NCBI RefSeq assembly: GCF_001457615.1
Contig: NZ_LN831024.1
Coordinates: 2,550,001-2,582,000 of the forward strand
Length of the DNA: 32,000 nt
Direction: 5' to 3'
Origin: Pseudomonas aeruginosa
GTDB taxonomy: Bacteria > Pseudomonadota > Gammaproteobacteria > Pseudomonadales > Pseudomonadaceae
Below, piece by piece: positions 1-9,292 of this stretch. Below the pieces are notes generated by a model. The model was not told where the DNA came from and did no database searches. It worked only from the letters and a program-made list of their open reading frames with translations. A program made the translations under genes and the position numbers. Each line of letters begins with the position of its first letter. The first letter of the stretch is position 1.

Positions 1-1011
1 GGCGCTCATGTTGGCGCGTACGCCATCGTCGTCCACCAGTACCAGGCGCGCGCCGCGCACGCTGGCGACATGGTCGGTTTCCTGAACCAGCTGGCCACCG
101 GGCGTGGAGCGGGAGCCAGGCAGGTGACCGGCTTCGTATTCCTCGGGCGTGCGTACGTCGAGCAGGTAGGTGGTGCGGTCGTGCTCGTCCTGCCATTGGG
201 CCAGACCGGCCAGGTCGAGGCGTTCGACGCCGGCGCGGTCGGCGACGGCACGGGCGCGCTGGGCGGCGGCCTTGCGAGTGTCCTGGGAGATCGCACCGAA
301 GCGTCGCGTCTGGCCGTGTTCCAGTTGCTGACCGGCCAGCGTCCAGCCGATGGTGCCGTTGCGTAATGCCGCCACCGGGTTGGGGATGCCGGCGTTGAGC
401 AGCGACTGGGTACCGATGATGCTACGAGTGCGCCCGGCACAGTTGACTATCACCCGGGTGCGCGGGTCCGGCGCCAGTTCGGCGACGCGCAGCACCAGTT
501 CGGCGCCGGGCACGCTGATGCCGCCGGGGATACTCATGGTCTGGTATTCGTCGAAACGACGGGCATCCAGGATCACCGCGTCGGCCCTGGCGTCGAGCAA
601 AGCCTGTACTTCCTCCGCGGCCAGCGATGGCGTGTGGCGCTCGGCCTCCACCAGTTCGCCGAAGGCCTTGCTCGGCACGTTCACATCCCTGAACAGCTCG
701 CCGCCGGCGTTGCGCCAACCGGACAGGCCGCCATCGAGCAAGGCCACGTCGCTGTAGCCGAGGTCGTGGAGGCGTTGCGCGGCGACCGGCGCCAGGCCTT
801 CGCCGTCGTCGTAGACGGTAATCGGCGTGTCGCGGCGCGGCACCCGGGCATGGATCTCCAGTTCCAGCCTGGACAGCGGCAGGTTGGCGGCGAACAGGGG
901 ATGGGCCTGGGCGAACGGGTCCTCCTCGCGCACGTCGAGCAGCGCCAGCTCCCGGCGGGCGAGGAGAGCGGCGCGGATATCGTGGAAGGTGCGTACGGCG
1001 ATCTGGCTCAT
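1..1011 (-). CDS. Rhodanese-domain protein / probable thiosulfate sulfurtransferase (3' end cut by window edge)
   Basis: My own minus-strand translation from ATG at 1011 is open to base 1 (MSQIAVRTFHDIRAALLARRELALLDVREEDPFAQAHPLFAANLPLSRLE...VIVNCAGRTRSIIGTQSLLNAGI...). It shows repeated rhodanese features: LLDVREEDPFAQAHP, AVILDARRFDEYQTMSIPGG and a CAGRTRS active-site loop. The ORF track lists only shorter other-frame ORFs here. Confidence 0.9.
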   Translation of the reverse strand, partial: MSQIAVRTFHDIRAALLARRELALLDVREEDPFAQAHPLFAANLPLSRLELEIHARVPRRDTPITVYDDGEGLAPVAAQRLHDLGYSDVALLDGGLSGWRNAGGELFRDVNVPSKAFGELVEAERHTPSLAAEEVQALLDARADAVILDARRFDEYQTMSIPGGISVPGAELVLRVAELAPDPRTRVIVNCAGRTRSIIGTQSLLNAGIPNPVAALRNGTIGWTLAGQQLEHGQTRRFGAISQDTRKAAAQRARAVADRAGVERLDLAGLAQWQDEHDRTTYLLDVRTPEEYEAGHLPGSRSTPGGQLVQETDHVASVRGARLVLVDDDGVRANMSA

Positions 1012-1612
1012 GCGGGGTTCTCTTTCGACAGGTCCCAGATATTGGGCAAGCGGCTGTTGGAATAGCTGGAAATGAAGGGTTTTTCCTCACCTTCGGCGCT
1101 GAACACGGCACGCCGTACCGCACCGATATTGGCGCCGTAGACGTGGATACTGATGGATGTTCGGTCGCTGAAGGCGTTGCTCACCTGGTGCACGTCGCCA
1201 ATGCGTGGCGACAGCGCTTCGACCTCGCCGGGCTCCAGGCGTCGACGGGCTCCGCTGGGATGCGGACGCCCCCCCGCATCGAAGGCGTACGGCTGCGAGT
1301 ATTCGGCCCGCGGAGCATGCCGATCAGGCCCCAGACCCGATGATCGTGTACCGGTGTGATCTGGCCCGGCCCCCAGACGAAGCTGACCACCGAGAAGCGC
1401 TGCCGTGAGTCGACATGCAGCAGGTACTGTTGGTAGCGCTGTGGATCGGGGCGGGCGCAGTCTTCCGGCAGCCAGTCGTCCTGGCGCACCAGCTCGGCCA
1501 GCAGGGGGTGGGCTTGGGCGAGCAGGGTGGATTCGTCGGGACGGCTGTCGAGCAGTGTCGCCAGCTCGCCGATGAACTGGCGCAGGCGGTCGAGGCGCAG
1601 GATGGATGACAT
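1008..1612 (-). pseudogene. 3-mercaptopropionate dioxygenase-like thiol dioxygenase (cysteine dioxygenase superfamily), interrupted by a -1 frameshift near 1307-1309
   Basis: The N-terminal part (MSSILRLDRLRQFIGELATLL...FSVVSFVWGPGQITPVHDHRVWGLIGMLRG) and C-terminal part (AEYSQPYAFDAGGRPHPSGARRRLEPGEVEALSPRIGDVHQVSNAFSDRTSISIHVYGANIG...NIWDLSKENPA) lie in two different minus frames. They rejoin if one base is added at the C run 1307-1309. The HDH and downstream H...Y motifs of the family fall on opposite sides of the break. Confidence 0.8.
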
Positions 1613-1724
1613 GCGGGGATTCACTCCGGGAAGTTCTGGCGGTACGGTAGCAAACGCTTTTTTATTCCTGAAATGCATTTTGAATCTAAGCTAATATGCG
1701 AGAAATGCAATTGGTGCCGGCCCC

Positions 1725-2621
1725 ATGAAAATCGATGACATCGACGCCTTCGTCGCGGTGATCCGCAACGCTTCCCTGAGCCAGGCCGCCGAGAGCCTGG
1801 GCCTGACCCAGTCTGCGATCACCCGGCGGGTACAGAGCCTGGAGGAGTCCCTCGGAGTGGCATTGCTGGACCGCAATACCAAGCCGCTCAAACCCACCGC
1901 CAGCGGACTGCGGGTCTACGAACAGTGCCGGCGGGTGCTCCGCGAGGTGGATGGCCTGCGTGAACTGGTGGCCGGTGACGCCACACCAAGTGGCGTGCTG
2001 CGCCTGGGCGTGCCGCAGAGTATCGGCGAGGTGGTGTTGCTGGATGCCCTTCGGCGGCTGGCCGACGAGTACCCGGAGCTGCGCGCGCAGGTCGGCACTG
2101 GCTGGGGCAGCCATTTGCTGGCGCGCCTGGAGAATGCCGAACTGGACGCGGCAGTGGTGTTGTTTCCGCCAAGCAAGGTGTTCCCCGAAGAACTCGGCGC
2201 CACGCCCCTAGGGCGCATGGAACTCTGCGTGGTGGTCGCCCGCGACAGTGCCATCCAGGCGCGACGCCTGCTCGATTGCTACCACCATGGCTGGGTGCTC
2301 AACCCCGATGGCTGCGGCTTCCGTGCCGGCCTGCAACGGGCCCTGGCCGATCAGGGCCTGGGCCTGCAACTGAACCTCGAGACTTTCGGCAGCGAGCTGC
2401 AACTGGGCCTGGTCGCCGCGGGCCGGGGTCTCGGCCTGGTGCCGGCGCCGGCCCTGGCGCGTAGCCGCTACCGCGATCAGTTGCAGGTGCTGCAACTGGA
2501 GGATTTCCAGCCGCTGATCCAGCTCTGGCTGGTGCGTCCGCGCCTGCTGGGCAATCTGGAGACGCCGGCACGGCTGTTCGGCAGGGCGGTGGCCGAGGGG
2601 TTGGATATGCAAGCCGGTTGA
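1725..2621 (+). CDS. LysR-family transcriptional regulator
   Basis: 298 aa ORF with N-terminal LTTR HTH (IDDIDAFVAVIRNASLSQAAESLGLTQSAITRRVQSLEESLGVALLDRNTKPLKPT) and a LysR substrate-binding domain. Divergent from the dioxygenase gene. Confidence 0.93.
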   Translation: MKIDDIDAFVAVIRNASLSQAAESLGLTQSAITRRVQSLEESLGVALLDRNTKPLKPTASGLRVYEQCRRVLREVDGLRELVAGDATPSGVLRLGVPQSIGEVVLLDALRRLADEYPELRAQVGTGWGSHLLARLENAELDAAVVLFPPSKVFPEELGATPLGRMELCVVVARDSAIQARRLLDCYHHGWVLNPDGCGFRAGLQRALADQGLGLQLNLETFGSELQLGLVAAGRGLGLVPAPALARSRYRDQLQVLQLEDFQPLIQLWLVRPRLLGNLETPARLFGRAVAEGLDMQAG

Positions 2622-2665
2622 GTAGCGGCGCCGGGAGATCCCCGGGAGACGGGAGCGTGAATGAG

Positions 2666-2708
2666 AAGGGGCTGCAGTCGGGATCAACATTCCCCTGCGA
2701 GCCCCTTT
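2666..2708 (+). terminator. Rho-independent terminator-like hairpin downstream of the LysR gene
   Basis: AAGGGGCT...AGCCCCTT arms followed by TTTC. Confidence 0.5.
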
Positions 2709-2939
2709 TCGCTTCAGAGGGAAGAGGGAGCGAGGGCGGCTACGCATAATGTCCGCCTTGGGAAACGCAAAGACGGAAAAGCTAAATATGCGCGTTTAGC
2801 ATATTAAGATATGACAAAAATGAATTTCCATCATGTAGTTTCAGCCTGTAGCTTCTAAGAAAAGCACCCATGCAGATGTTTTTCTTATAACGACAGCCGC
2901 CAACCTTATCAGTCGAGCGGCCCAGGCGAGGGCAACAGC

Positions 2940-4028
2940 GTGAGCGTGGAAATTCTCGGCATGATCACCGCCACACCGAGTTCCGAGGTGGACCAGCCGT
3001 TGGGGGAGGCTGTGGACGCCGGTTTCGTCCGGCGTTTCGCCCAGGCCCATGAGGACGCCGGCTTCGACCGGGTGCTGGTGGGGTATTTCAGCAATGCCGC
3101 CGAGGGCGCGGTGGTCAGTTCCTTCGTCGCCGCTGCCACCCGGCGCCTTGGCGTTCTCCTGGCCTATCGCCCGGGGGTGATCGCAGCGCCGCTGGCGGCA
3201 CGCCAACTGGCTACCCTGGATCAGTTCAGCGAGGGCCGCCTGGCCCTGAACGTAGTCAGTGGTGGTAACGACGAGGACCTCGCGCGCGATGGCGACTACC
3301 TCGACCATGACCGCCGCTACGCCCGTACCGACGAATACCTGCAAGCCCTGCGTGCTATCTGGACCGCCACGGGACCGGTGGATTTCGACGGCGAGTTCTA
3401 CCGCTTCCAGGGCGCCTCGCCAGCGGTGCGCCCGCGCCAGTCGCCGCACATACCGATCTATTTCAGTGGCTCCTCCGACGCAGCCATCGAGGTCGCCGCC
3501 AGGCACGCCGACACCTACATGCTCTGGGGCGAGCCGCTGGCCGCGGTCGACGGGCATATCCGCCGAGTGCGCGCCGCCGCCAAGGCCCAGGGACGCGATC
3601 CGCGCTTCTCGGTGTCATTCCGGCCGATCGTCGCGGATACCGAGGAGGCCGCCTGGAAGCGTGCCGCCGAGGTGCTCGAACAGGTCCGCGAGAACCGTGC
3701 GCGCCTCGGTCTGCCGCTGCGCGACCACCAGCCGCAGAACGTCGGTTCGCAGCGCCTGCTGGCCGCTGCCGAGCAGGGCGAAGTGCTCGACAGCCGTTTG
3801 TGGACCGGCGTGGCCCGGCTGACCGGGGCGCGCTGGAACTCCACCGCCCTGGTAGGCACCCCCGAGCAGGTTGCCGCTGCGCTTGGCGAGTACTACCGGC
3901 TGGGCGTCTCGACCTTCCTGATTCGAGGCTTCGATCCGCTCGGCGACGCCGTGCGCTACGGCCAGGGCCTGATTCCCGCCATACATGACCATATCGCCCG
4001 CCTGCCGCTGTTGCGGCACGCCGGTTGA
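2940..4028 (+). CDS. LLM-class FMNH2-dependent monooxygenase (SsuD/MsuD-like, alkanesulfonate/dimethylsulfone type)
   Basis: 362 aa from GTG; contains RLALNVVSGGNDEDLARDGDYLDHDRRYARTDEYLQ and the typical LLM flavin monooxygenase architecture. Confidence 0.9.
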   Translation: MSVEILGMITATPSSEVDQPLGEAVDAGFVRRFAQAHEDAGFDRVLVGYFSNAAEGAVVSSFVAAATRRLGVLLAYRPGVIAAPLAARQLATLDQFSEGRLALNVVSGGNDEDLARDGDYLDHDRRYARTDEYLQALRAIWTATGPVDFDGEFYRFQGASPAVRPRQSPHIPIYFSGSSDAAIEVAARHADTYMLWGEPLAAVDGHIRRVRAAAKAQGRDPRFSVSFRPIVADTEEAAWKRAAEVLEQVRENRARLGLPLRDHQPQNVGSQRLLAAAEQGEVLDSRLWTGVARLTGARWNSTALVGTPEQVAAALGEYYRLGVSTFLIRGFDPLGDAVRYGQGLIPAIHDHIARLPLLRHAG

Positions 4029-4037
4029 GGAGCTCCG

Positions 4038-4982
4038 ATGAAACTCAAGCAATACCTGCTAACCAGCTTCGCCACGCTTCTGCTCGGTGCCTCCCTGGCC
4101 CAGGCCGCAGAGCTGCCGACGTTGCGTGTGGGCGACCAGAACTACTACAACGTGCGGGCTTCCATGGAGGCCTCGGGAGTTCTCGAAGGCGCGCCTTACC
4201 AGGTCGAATGGAAGCATTTCCAGTCCGCCGCGCCGGTGGCCGAAGGGTTGCAGGCCGGAGCGCTGGACCTGGGTTTCCTCGGCGACTCGGGCTTCATCTT
4301 CCTCGCCGCCAAGGGTGCGCCGGTGAAGCTGGTCGGCGTCTCGCGGCAGAACCCCGATACCATAGCCCTGCTGGTGCCGAAGGATTCTCCGGTGCGCAGC
4401 ATTGCCGATCTCAAGGGCAGGAAAGTCGCCTACTGGCCCGGTGCCTGGAGCCAGCAACTGACCTTGCGCGCGCTGGAGAAAGCCGGCCTGCCGAAGGACT
4501 ACGTGGAGTTCGTCAAGCTGATGCCGATCGACGCCGCCGCCGCCTTGCCGCGCGGCAGCATCGATGCCTTTCCGGTGTGGGAGCCGTATATCTCGCAGCA
4601 GATCGTGGTTTCCGGCGCACGGCCGATTCTCACCGCACGCGACCTGATGCCGGGGCTGTCCAGCATCGCCGCCAACGCTGCTTCCATCGAGCCCAGGCGC
4701 GCGCAGATCGCCGACTTCCTCGGCCGCCTGCGCAAGGCACGGGCCTGGGTCGAGGCACACAAGGAGCAGTACGCCGACCTCTGGGCGCAGAAGGCCAATC
4801 TCGACCGGGCAGTCTCCCGCCATTGGATCGGCCAGGCCGGCATGAGCGTCGGCCCGGTAGACGCCCAGGCCGCCACCGACTACCAGGAGACCGCGGATTT
4901 CCTGCTGCAGACCGGTGCCTTGCCCAAGCCGTTCGACACTTCCACGGTGATCGACACGTCCTTCAACGAAGCCTTCCACTGA
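4038..4982 (+). CDS. SsuA/TauA-like periplasmic substrate-binding protein (aliphatic sulfonate ABC type)
   Basis: 314 aa; signal peptide (MKLKQYLLTSFATLLLGASLAQAA), TLRVGDQNYYNVRASME..., AGALDLGFLGDSG...RGSIDAFPVWEPY. Confidence 0.88.
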   Translation: MKLKQYLLTSFATLLLGASLAQAAELPTLRVGDQNYYNVRASMEASGVLEGAPYQVEWKHFQSAAPVAEGLQAGALDLGFLGDSGFIFLAAKGAPVKLVGVSRQNPDTIALLVPKDSPVRSIADLKGRKVAYWPGAWSQQLTLRALEKAGLPKDYVEFVKLMPIDAAAALPRGSIDAFPVWEPYISQQIVVSGARPILTARDLMPGLSSIAANAASIEPRRAQIADFLGRLRKARAWVEAHKEQYADLWAQKANLDRAVSRHWIGQAGMSVGPVDAQAATDYQETADFLLQTGALPKPFDTSTVIDTSFNEAFH

Positions 4983-4991
4983 GTACGGACC

Positions 4992-6074
4992 ATGAGCATC
5001 CAGTTTCTCGGCATGATCGGCCATCGCCTGGCCTCGGAGACCCTCGCGCCGGTCGGACCTATCCTCGACAAGCCTTACATCGCCGCTTTCGCACGCGCCC
5101 ACGAAGAGGCCGGCTTCGATCGAATCCTGGTCGGCTACTGGTCGGACCAGCCGGATGGATTCCTGGTGGCCGCCGCCGCTGGCCTGGCCACTTCCCGGAT
5201 CGGTCTGCTGCTGGCGCACCGCCCCGGTTTCGTCGCCCCGACCCTGGCCGCGCGCAAGCTGGCGACCCTCGAACACCTCCTCGACGGGCGCCTGGCGGTG
5301 CATATCATCAGCGGCGGCAGCGACGCCGACCAGCGCAAGGACGGCGATTATCTCGACCACGACCAGCGCTATGCCCGCAGCGACGAATTCATCGAACTGC
5401 TCAAGCGCACCTGGACCAGCACCGAACCCTTCGATTTCCACGGCGCGCACTACCGCGTGGAGCACGCCTTCTCGGCCATCCGTCCGCAGCAGAAACCGCA
5501 CATTCCGGTGTATTTCGGCGGCTCCTCGGAAGCCGCGCTGAAGGTCGCCGGCAAGCAGGCCGATGTGTTCATGCTCTGGGGCGAACCCCTGGCACAGGCC
5601 GCCGAAACCATCTCCGCTGTGCGCGAACAGGCGCGCTCGAATGGTCGCGAAGTGGAATTCAGCCTGTCGTTCCGGCCCATCCTCGGGCGCACGGAGGACG
5701 AGGCCTGGGCCAAGGCCGAGGCGATACGCGCAAGCGCCGGCGCGCGCCTGGGCGAGGCCGGCTTCCCCAAGGGCAAGCCGCAGAGCGTCGGCGCCCAGCG
5801 TCTGCTCAAGGCGGTGGAGCAGGGCGAGCGCCTCGACGAGCGCCTTTGGACCGGAATCGCCAGGCTGGTCGGTGGCGGGCACAACTCCACCGCCCTGGTT
5901 GGTACCGCGGAACAGGTGGCCGACGCCCTGCTCGCCTACTACGACCTGGGCGTGCGCAATATCCTCATTCGCGGTTTCGATCCCCTCGCCGATGCCGTGG
6001 AATATGGCCGCGAGCTGATCCCGCTGACCCGCGCCAAAGTCGCCGAGCGCGAGCGCCGGCGCGCCACGGCCTGA
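4992..6074 (+). CDS. LLM-class FMNH2-dependent monooxygenase (SsuD-like), second paralogue
   Basis: 360 aa; RLAVHIISGGSDADQRKDGDYLDHDQRYARSDEFIE, strongly similar to the 2940..4028 product. Confidence 0.9.
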   Translation: MSIQFLGMIGHRLASETLAPVGPILDKPYIAAFARAHEEAGFDRILVGYWSDQPDGFLVAAAAGLATSRIGLLLAHRPGFVAPTLAARKLATLEHLLDGRLAVHIISGGSDADQRKDGDYLDHDQRYARSDEFIELLKRTWTSTEPFDFHGAHYRVEHAFSAIRPQQKPHIPVYFGGSSEAALKVAGKQADVFMLWGEPLAQAAETISAVREQARSNGREVEFSLSFRPILGRTEDEAWAKAEAIRASAGARLGEAGFPKGKPQSVGAQRLLKAVEQGERLDERLWTGIARLVGGGHNSTALVGTAEQVADALLAYYDLGVRNILIRGFDPLADAVEYGRELIPLTRAKVAERERRRATA

Positions 6075-6078
6075 TCCC

Positions 6079-7230
6079 ATGGCCGTCCTGCAGACTCCCT
6101 CGGCGGCGTTCGATGAACGGCTGCCAGAACTGACCCGGCAACTGGCGGAAAGCGCCGATGCCCATGACCGCAGCGGAGATTTTCCCCATGCCAACCTGGC
6201 CCTGCTGCGACACCACGGGCTGCTCGCCCTGGCCTTGCCGCCTGCGCTCGGCGGTCCCGGCGCCAGCCTCGGCGAGCTGCGCCGGGTAATCGGCGCGGTG
6301 GCTCGCGGCGAACCCTCCACGGCCCTGGTGCTGTGCATGCAGTACCTGCATTTGCGGCGCCTGGCCGATAACCCCGATTGGCCCGGCGCGCTCAAGCGGC
6401 GCGTGGCGCGCGAGGTGCTGGAGCAGGGGGCGTTGATCAATAGCCTGCGCGTGGAGCCCGAGCTGGGTTCGCCGTCACGCGGCGGTCTGCCGGGTACGCT
6501 GGCGCGGCGTGTCGGCGACGGCTGGCAGCTGTCCGGGCACAAGCTCTACACCACCGGCATTCCCGGCCTGACCTGGCTGGCGGTATGGGCGCGCAGCGAC
6601 GAGCCGATCCCCCGCGTGGGTACCTGGCTGGTGCGCCGCGACAGCCCAGGCATCCGTATCGTGGAGAGCTGGGACCATCTGGGCATGCGCGCCAGCGGCA
6701 GCCACGAGGTGCTCTTCGAAGAGGTGGCGGTGCCTCTGGAAAACGCCATCGGCCTGCATCCCCACGACCAGCCTCCGGCGCCGGACCAGGCCGTGCTGCG
6801 CGACTTCGCCCAGGCTAGCGCGGTGTTGCTCGGCGCTCTCTACGACGGTATCGCCGGGAGCGCCCGCGAGTGGCTCGTCGGCTGGCTGCGCGAGCGCGTG
6901 CCGGCCAGTCTCGGCGCGCCGTTGGCGAGCCTGCCGAGGATGCAGGAGGCGCTCGGCGAGATCGACGGCCTGCTCCTGCAGAACCGCCTGCTGCTCGATG
7001 CCGCGTGCTGCGGACAGTTGCCCGCCAGCGACTCCGGGCTGCTCAAGGTCGCGGTCATCGACAACGCGTTGGCGGTGGTCGAGAAGGCCCTGGAACTGAG
7101 CGGCAACCACGGCCTCAGCCGGCACAATCCGCTACAGCGGCACTACCGCGACGTGCTTTGCGGACGTGTCCACACGCCACAGAAAGATAGCGTCTGGAGC
7201 GCGGCGGGGAGGGCGGCGCTGAGTCTTTGA
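6079..7230 (+). CDS. Acyl-CoA dehydrogenase-fold flavoprotein (SfnB/DszC-like)
   Basis: 383 aa; WQLSGHKLYTTGIPGLTWLAVWAR, WDHLGMRASGSHEVLFEEVAVP and C-terminal helical domain. It lies within the sulfur cluster, 4 bp after the monooxygenase stop. Confidence 0.88.
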   Translation: MAVLQTPSAAFDERLPELTRQLAESADAHDRSGDFPHANLALLRHHGLLALALPPALGGPGASLGELRRVIGAVARGEPSTALVLCMQYLHLRRLADNPDWPGALKRRVAREVLEQGALINSLRVEPELGSPSRGGLPGTLARRVGDGWQLSGHKLYTTGIPGLTWLAVWARSDEPIPRVGTWLVRRDSPGIRIVESWDHLGMRASGSHEVLFEEVAVPLENAIGLHPHDQPPAPDQAVLRDFAQASAVLLGALYDGIAGSAREWLVGWLRERVPASLGAPLASLPRMQEALGEIDGLLLQNRLLLDAACCGQLPASDSGLLKVAVIDNALAVVEKALELSGNHGLSRHNPLQRHYRDVLCGRVHTPQKDSVWSAAGRAALSL

Positions 7231-7337
7231 AACGTACCTCCCACGATTCTCGACCCTGGCCTTGTCGGCGACCGCACCGGCGGAACGGATAGCCCAGGAT
7301 AGCCCCGGCTCCGTGCGGAGCTGCCTGGAGATTGCCC

Positions 7338-8324
7338 ATGAAACGACCCCTGTGTGTGCTTGCCGGCCTGCTGGCCGCGACCTTGCTGGCTGGAGCCGCC
7401 AGCGCCGCCGACCTCATCAGCCTGCGCCTGGGCGATGTGAAGGGCGACCGCTACGCCGCCCTGCGCGCGTCCGGCGAGCTCGACGACCTGCCGTACAAGC
7501 TGGAAATGTCGGCGTTCCCCTCCGGTGCACCGGTGCTCGAGGCGCTCAACGCCGGGGCCCTGGACATAGGCTTTACCGGCGACATCCCGTTCCTCTTCGT
7601 CTACGCTGCCGGCGCGCCGCTCAAGGCGGTGGGCGCCTGGCACTTCAACCCGGCGACCGTGGCGCTGGTGGTCGGCAAGGACTCGCCGATCCGTTCGGTG
7701 GCCGGCCTCAAGGGCAAGCGCATTGCCGTCAATCGCGGCGGCTGGGGGCATTTCCTCGCCCTTGGCGCGTTGCGTCGCGCCGGCCTCGGACCGCAGGACG
7801 TAAGCTTTTCCTTCCTTGGTCCGGTGGACGGCCGCGCCGCCCTGGTGCGCGGCTCGGTAGACGCCTGGGTGCCCTGGGAGCCCTATACCTCCAGCGCCGT
7901 GCTGCTCGATCAGGCGCGGGTCATCGACAACGGTGCCGGGATCATGACCGGCTACTCCTATGCCCTGGCCAGCGACGCTGCGATCGCCCGCAAGAAGGCC
8001 GCGATCAGCGACCTGCTGACCCGCCTGGCGCGTGCCCAGGCCTGGGCCCTGAGGCATCCGGAGGCGTTCGCCGAGGCCCTGGCCAAGGATCTGAACATGC
8101 CGCGCGAAGTCACTCGGCGCTGGGTTGGCGAGGCGCGCATCAGTCCTGTGGTCTTCGGTCCGGAGGTTGCCGCCACCCTGCAGACCGCCGCCGATTTCTT
8201 CCATGCCGAAGGCGTGCTGCCGAAGTCGCTGGAGGTCGCCCCGGCGTTCGACTTCAGCCTGTCCGCCGGTGCCGCCGAAGTGGCCCGCCAGTTGCCCGCC
8301 GACCTCCGCGTCGGCCAGCGTTGA
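7338..8324 (+). CDS. SsuA/TauA-like periplasmic substrate-binding protein
   Basis: Signal peptide MKRPLCVLAGLLAATLLAGAASA; ISLRLGDVKGDRYAALRAS...NAGALDIGFTGDIP...RGSVDAWVPWEPYTSSAV. The ORF track start (7332, TTG) is replaced by the ATG at 7338. Confidence 0.88.
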   Translation: MKRPLCVLAGLLAATLLAGAASAADLISLRLGDVKGDRYAALRASGELDDLPYKLEMSAFPSGAPVLEALNAGALDIGFTGDIPFLFVYAAGAPLKAVGAWHFNPATVALVVGKDSPIRSVAGLKGKRIAVNRGGWGHFLALGALRRAGLGPQDVSFSFLGPVDGRAALVRGSVDAWVPWEPYTSSAVLLDQARVIDNGAGIMTGYSYALASDAAIARKKAAISDLLTRLARAQAWALRHPEAFAEALAKDLNMPREVTRRWVGEARISPVVFGPEVAATLQTAADFFHAEGVLPKSLEVAPAFDFSLSAGAAEVARQLPADLRVGQR

Positions 8325-8335
8325 GGAGTTACGGA

Positions 8336-9292
8336 ATGCGTCAGACCCTGAGCCTGTTCCTGCTTCTCTGCCTGCTCGTCGGCCAGGCCTGTGCCGACGA
8401 GCGCGTGACCCTGCGCCTGGCCGACCAGAAGGGCAACATGCGCGCCCAGTTGGAGGCTGCCGGCGCGCTGGACGACCTGACCTACGACATCCGCTGGTTC
8501 GAATTCCCCGCCGCCGCCCCCCTCGCCGAAGCACTCAATGCCGGTGCGGTGGATGCCGGCATCATCGGCGACGCGCCATTGCTCTTCGCCCTGGCCGCCG
8601 GTGCCCGGCTGAAGGCCATCGCCGTCGACAAATCCGATCCCTACGGTACCGCCGTGCTGGTGAGAGGGGATTCGCCGCTGCGCTCGGCCAACGACCTGAA
8701 AGGTCAGCGCATTGCCACCGGCCGCGGTTCCATCGGCCACTTCGTCGCGCTCAAGGCCTTGGCCTCGGTCGGGCTGGGCGAGAAGGACGTCGAATTCCGC
8801 TTCCTCGGCCCGGTGGACGCGAAAATGGCCCTCGCCAATGGTTCCGTGGATGCCTGGGCGACCTGGGAGCCCTACACCGCGTTCGCGGAGACCGCCGACA
8901 AGGCTCGGGTACTGGTCGACGGGCGCGGCCTGTGGGCTGGCAACAGCTTCCTCGCTGCTACCGATAGCGCACTGGCCGACCCGGCGAAACGCGCCGTGCT
9001 GCAGGACTACCTGCAACGCCTGGCCAGCGCCCAGCGCTGGGCGTACCTGCACCTGGACGAGTATTCGCGAAGCCTGGCGCAGATCATCGGCTTCCCCGAG
9101 GACGCCGCGCGCTTGCAGTTCGAACGCCGGCGCTTGCGTTGGCAGGCGCTGGATGAGCGAACGCTCGGCCAGCAGCAGGAGACCGCCGATTTCTACCAGG
9201 CCCATGGATTGATTCCGCAGCGCCTCGATGTGCGGCCGACCTTCGCCAGCGGCTTTGCGGTCAGGCAGGCGTCGGATGCGGATATCCGGTAG
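8336..9292 (+). CDS. SsuA/TauA-like periplasmic substrate-binding protein
   Basis: MRQTLSLFLLLCLLVGQACADERVTLRLADQKGNMRAQLEAAG...NAGAVDAGIIGDAP...NGSVDAWATWEPYTAF. It starts inside the larger open frame 7262..9292. Confidence 0.87.
   Translation: MRQTLSLFLLLCLLVGQACADERVTLRLADQKGNMRAQLEAAGALDDLTYDIRWFEFPAAAPLAEALNAGAVDAGIIGDAPLLFALAAGARLKAIAVDKSDPYGTAVLVRGDSPLRSANDLKGQRIATGRGSIGHFVALKALASVGLGEKDVEFRFLGPVDAKMALANGSVDAWATWEPYTAFAETADKARVLVDGRGLWAGNSFLAATDSALADPAKRAVLQDYLQRLASAQRWAYLHLDEYSRSLAQIIGFPEDAARLQFERRRLRWQALDERTLGQQQETADFYQAHGLIPQRLDVRPTFASGFAVRQASDADIR

Noticed and set aside
1143-1343. Small plus-strand ORFs (1143-1408) at the dioxygenase frameshift
   Set aside because: These are shadows of the broken minus-strand gene. 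The continuous protein similarity is on the minus strand.
4059-6542. 827 aa antisense ORF
   Set aside because: It lies opposite three well-supported plus-strand genes, with low-complexity Arg/Gly/Ala/His composition typical of antisense frames in high-GC DNA.
7262-9292. 676 aa plus-strand ORF as one long protein
   Set aside because: It overlaps the convincing SBP gene 7338..8324 in another frame, and only its last part (from ATG 8336) is a recognisable protein. High GC leaves alternate frames open.
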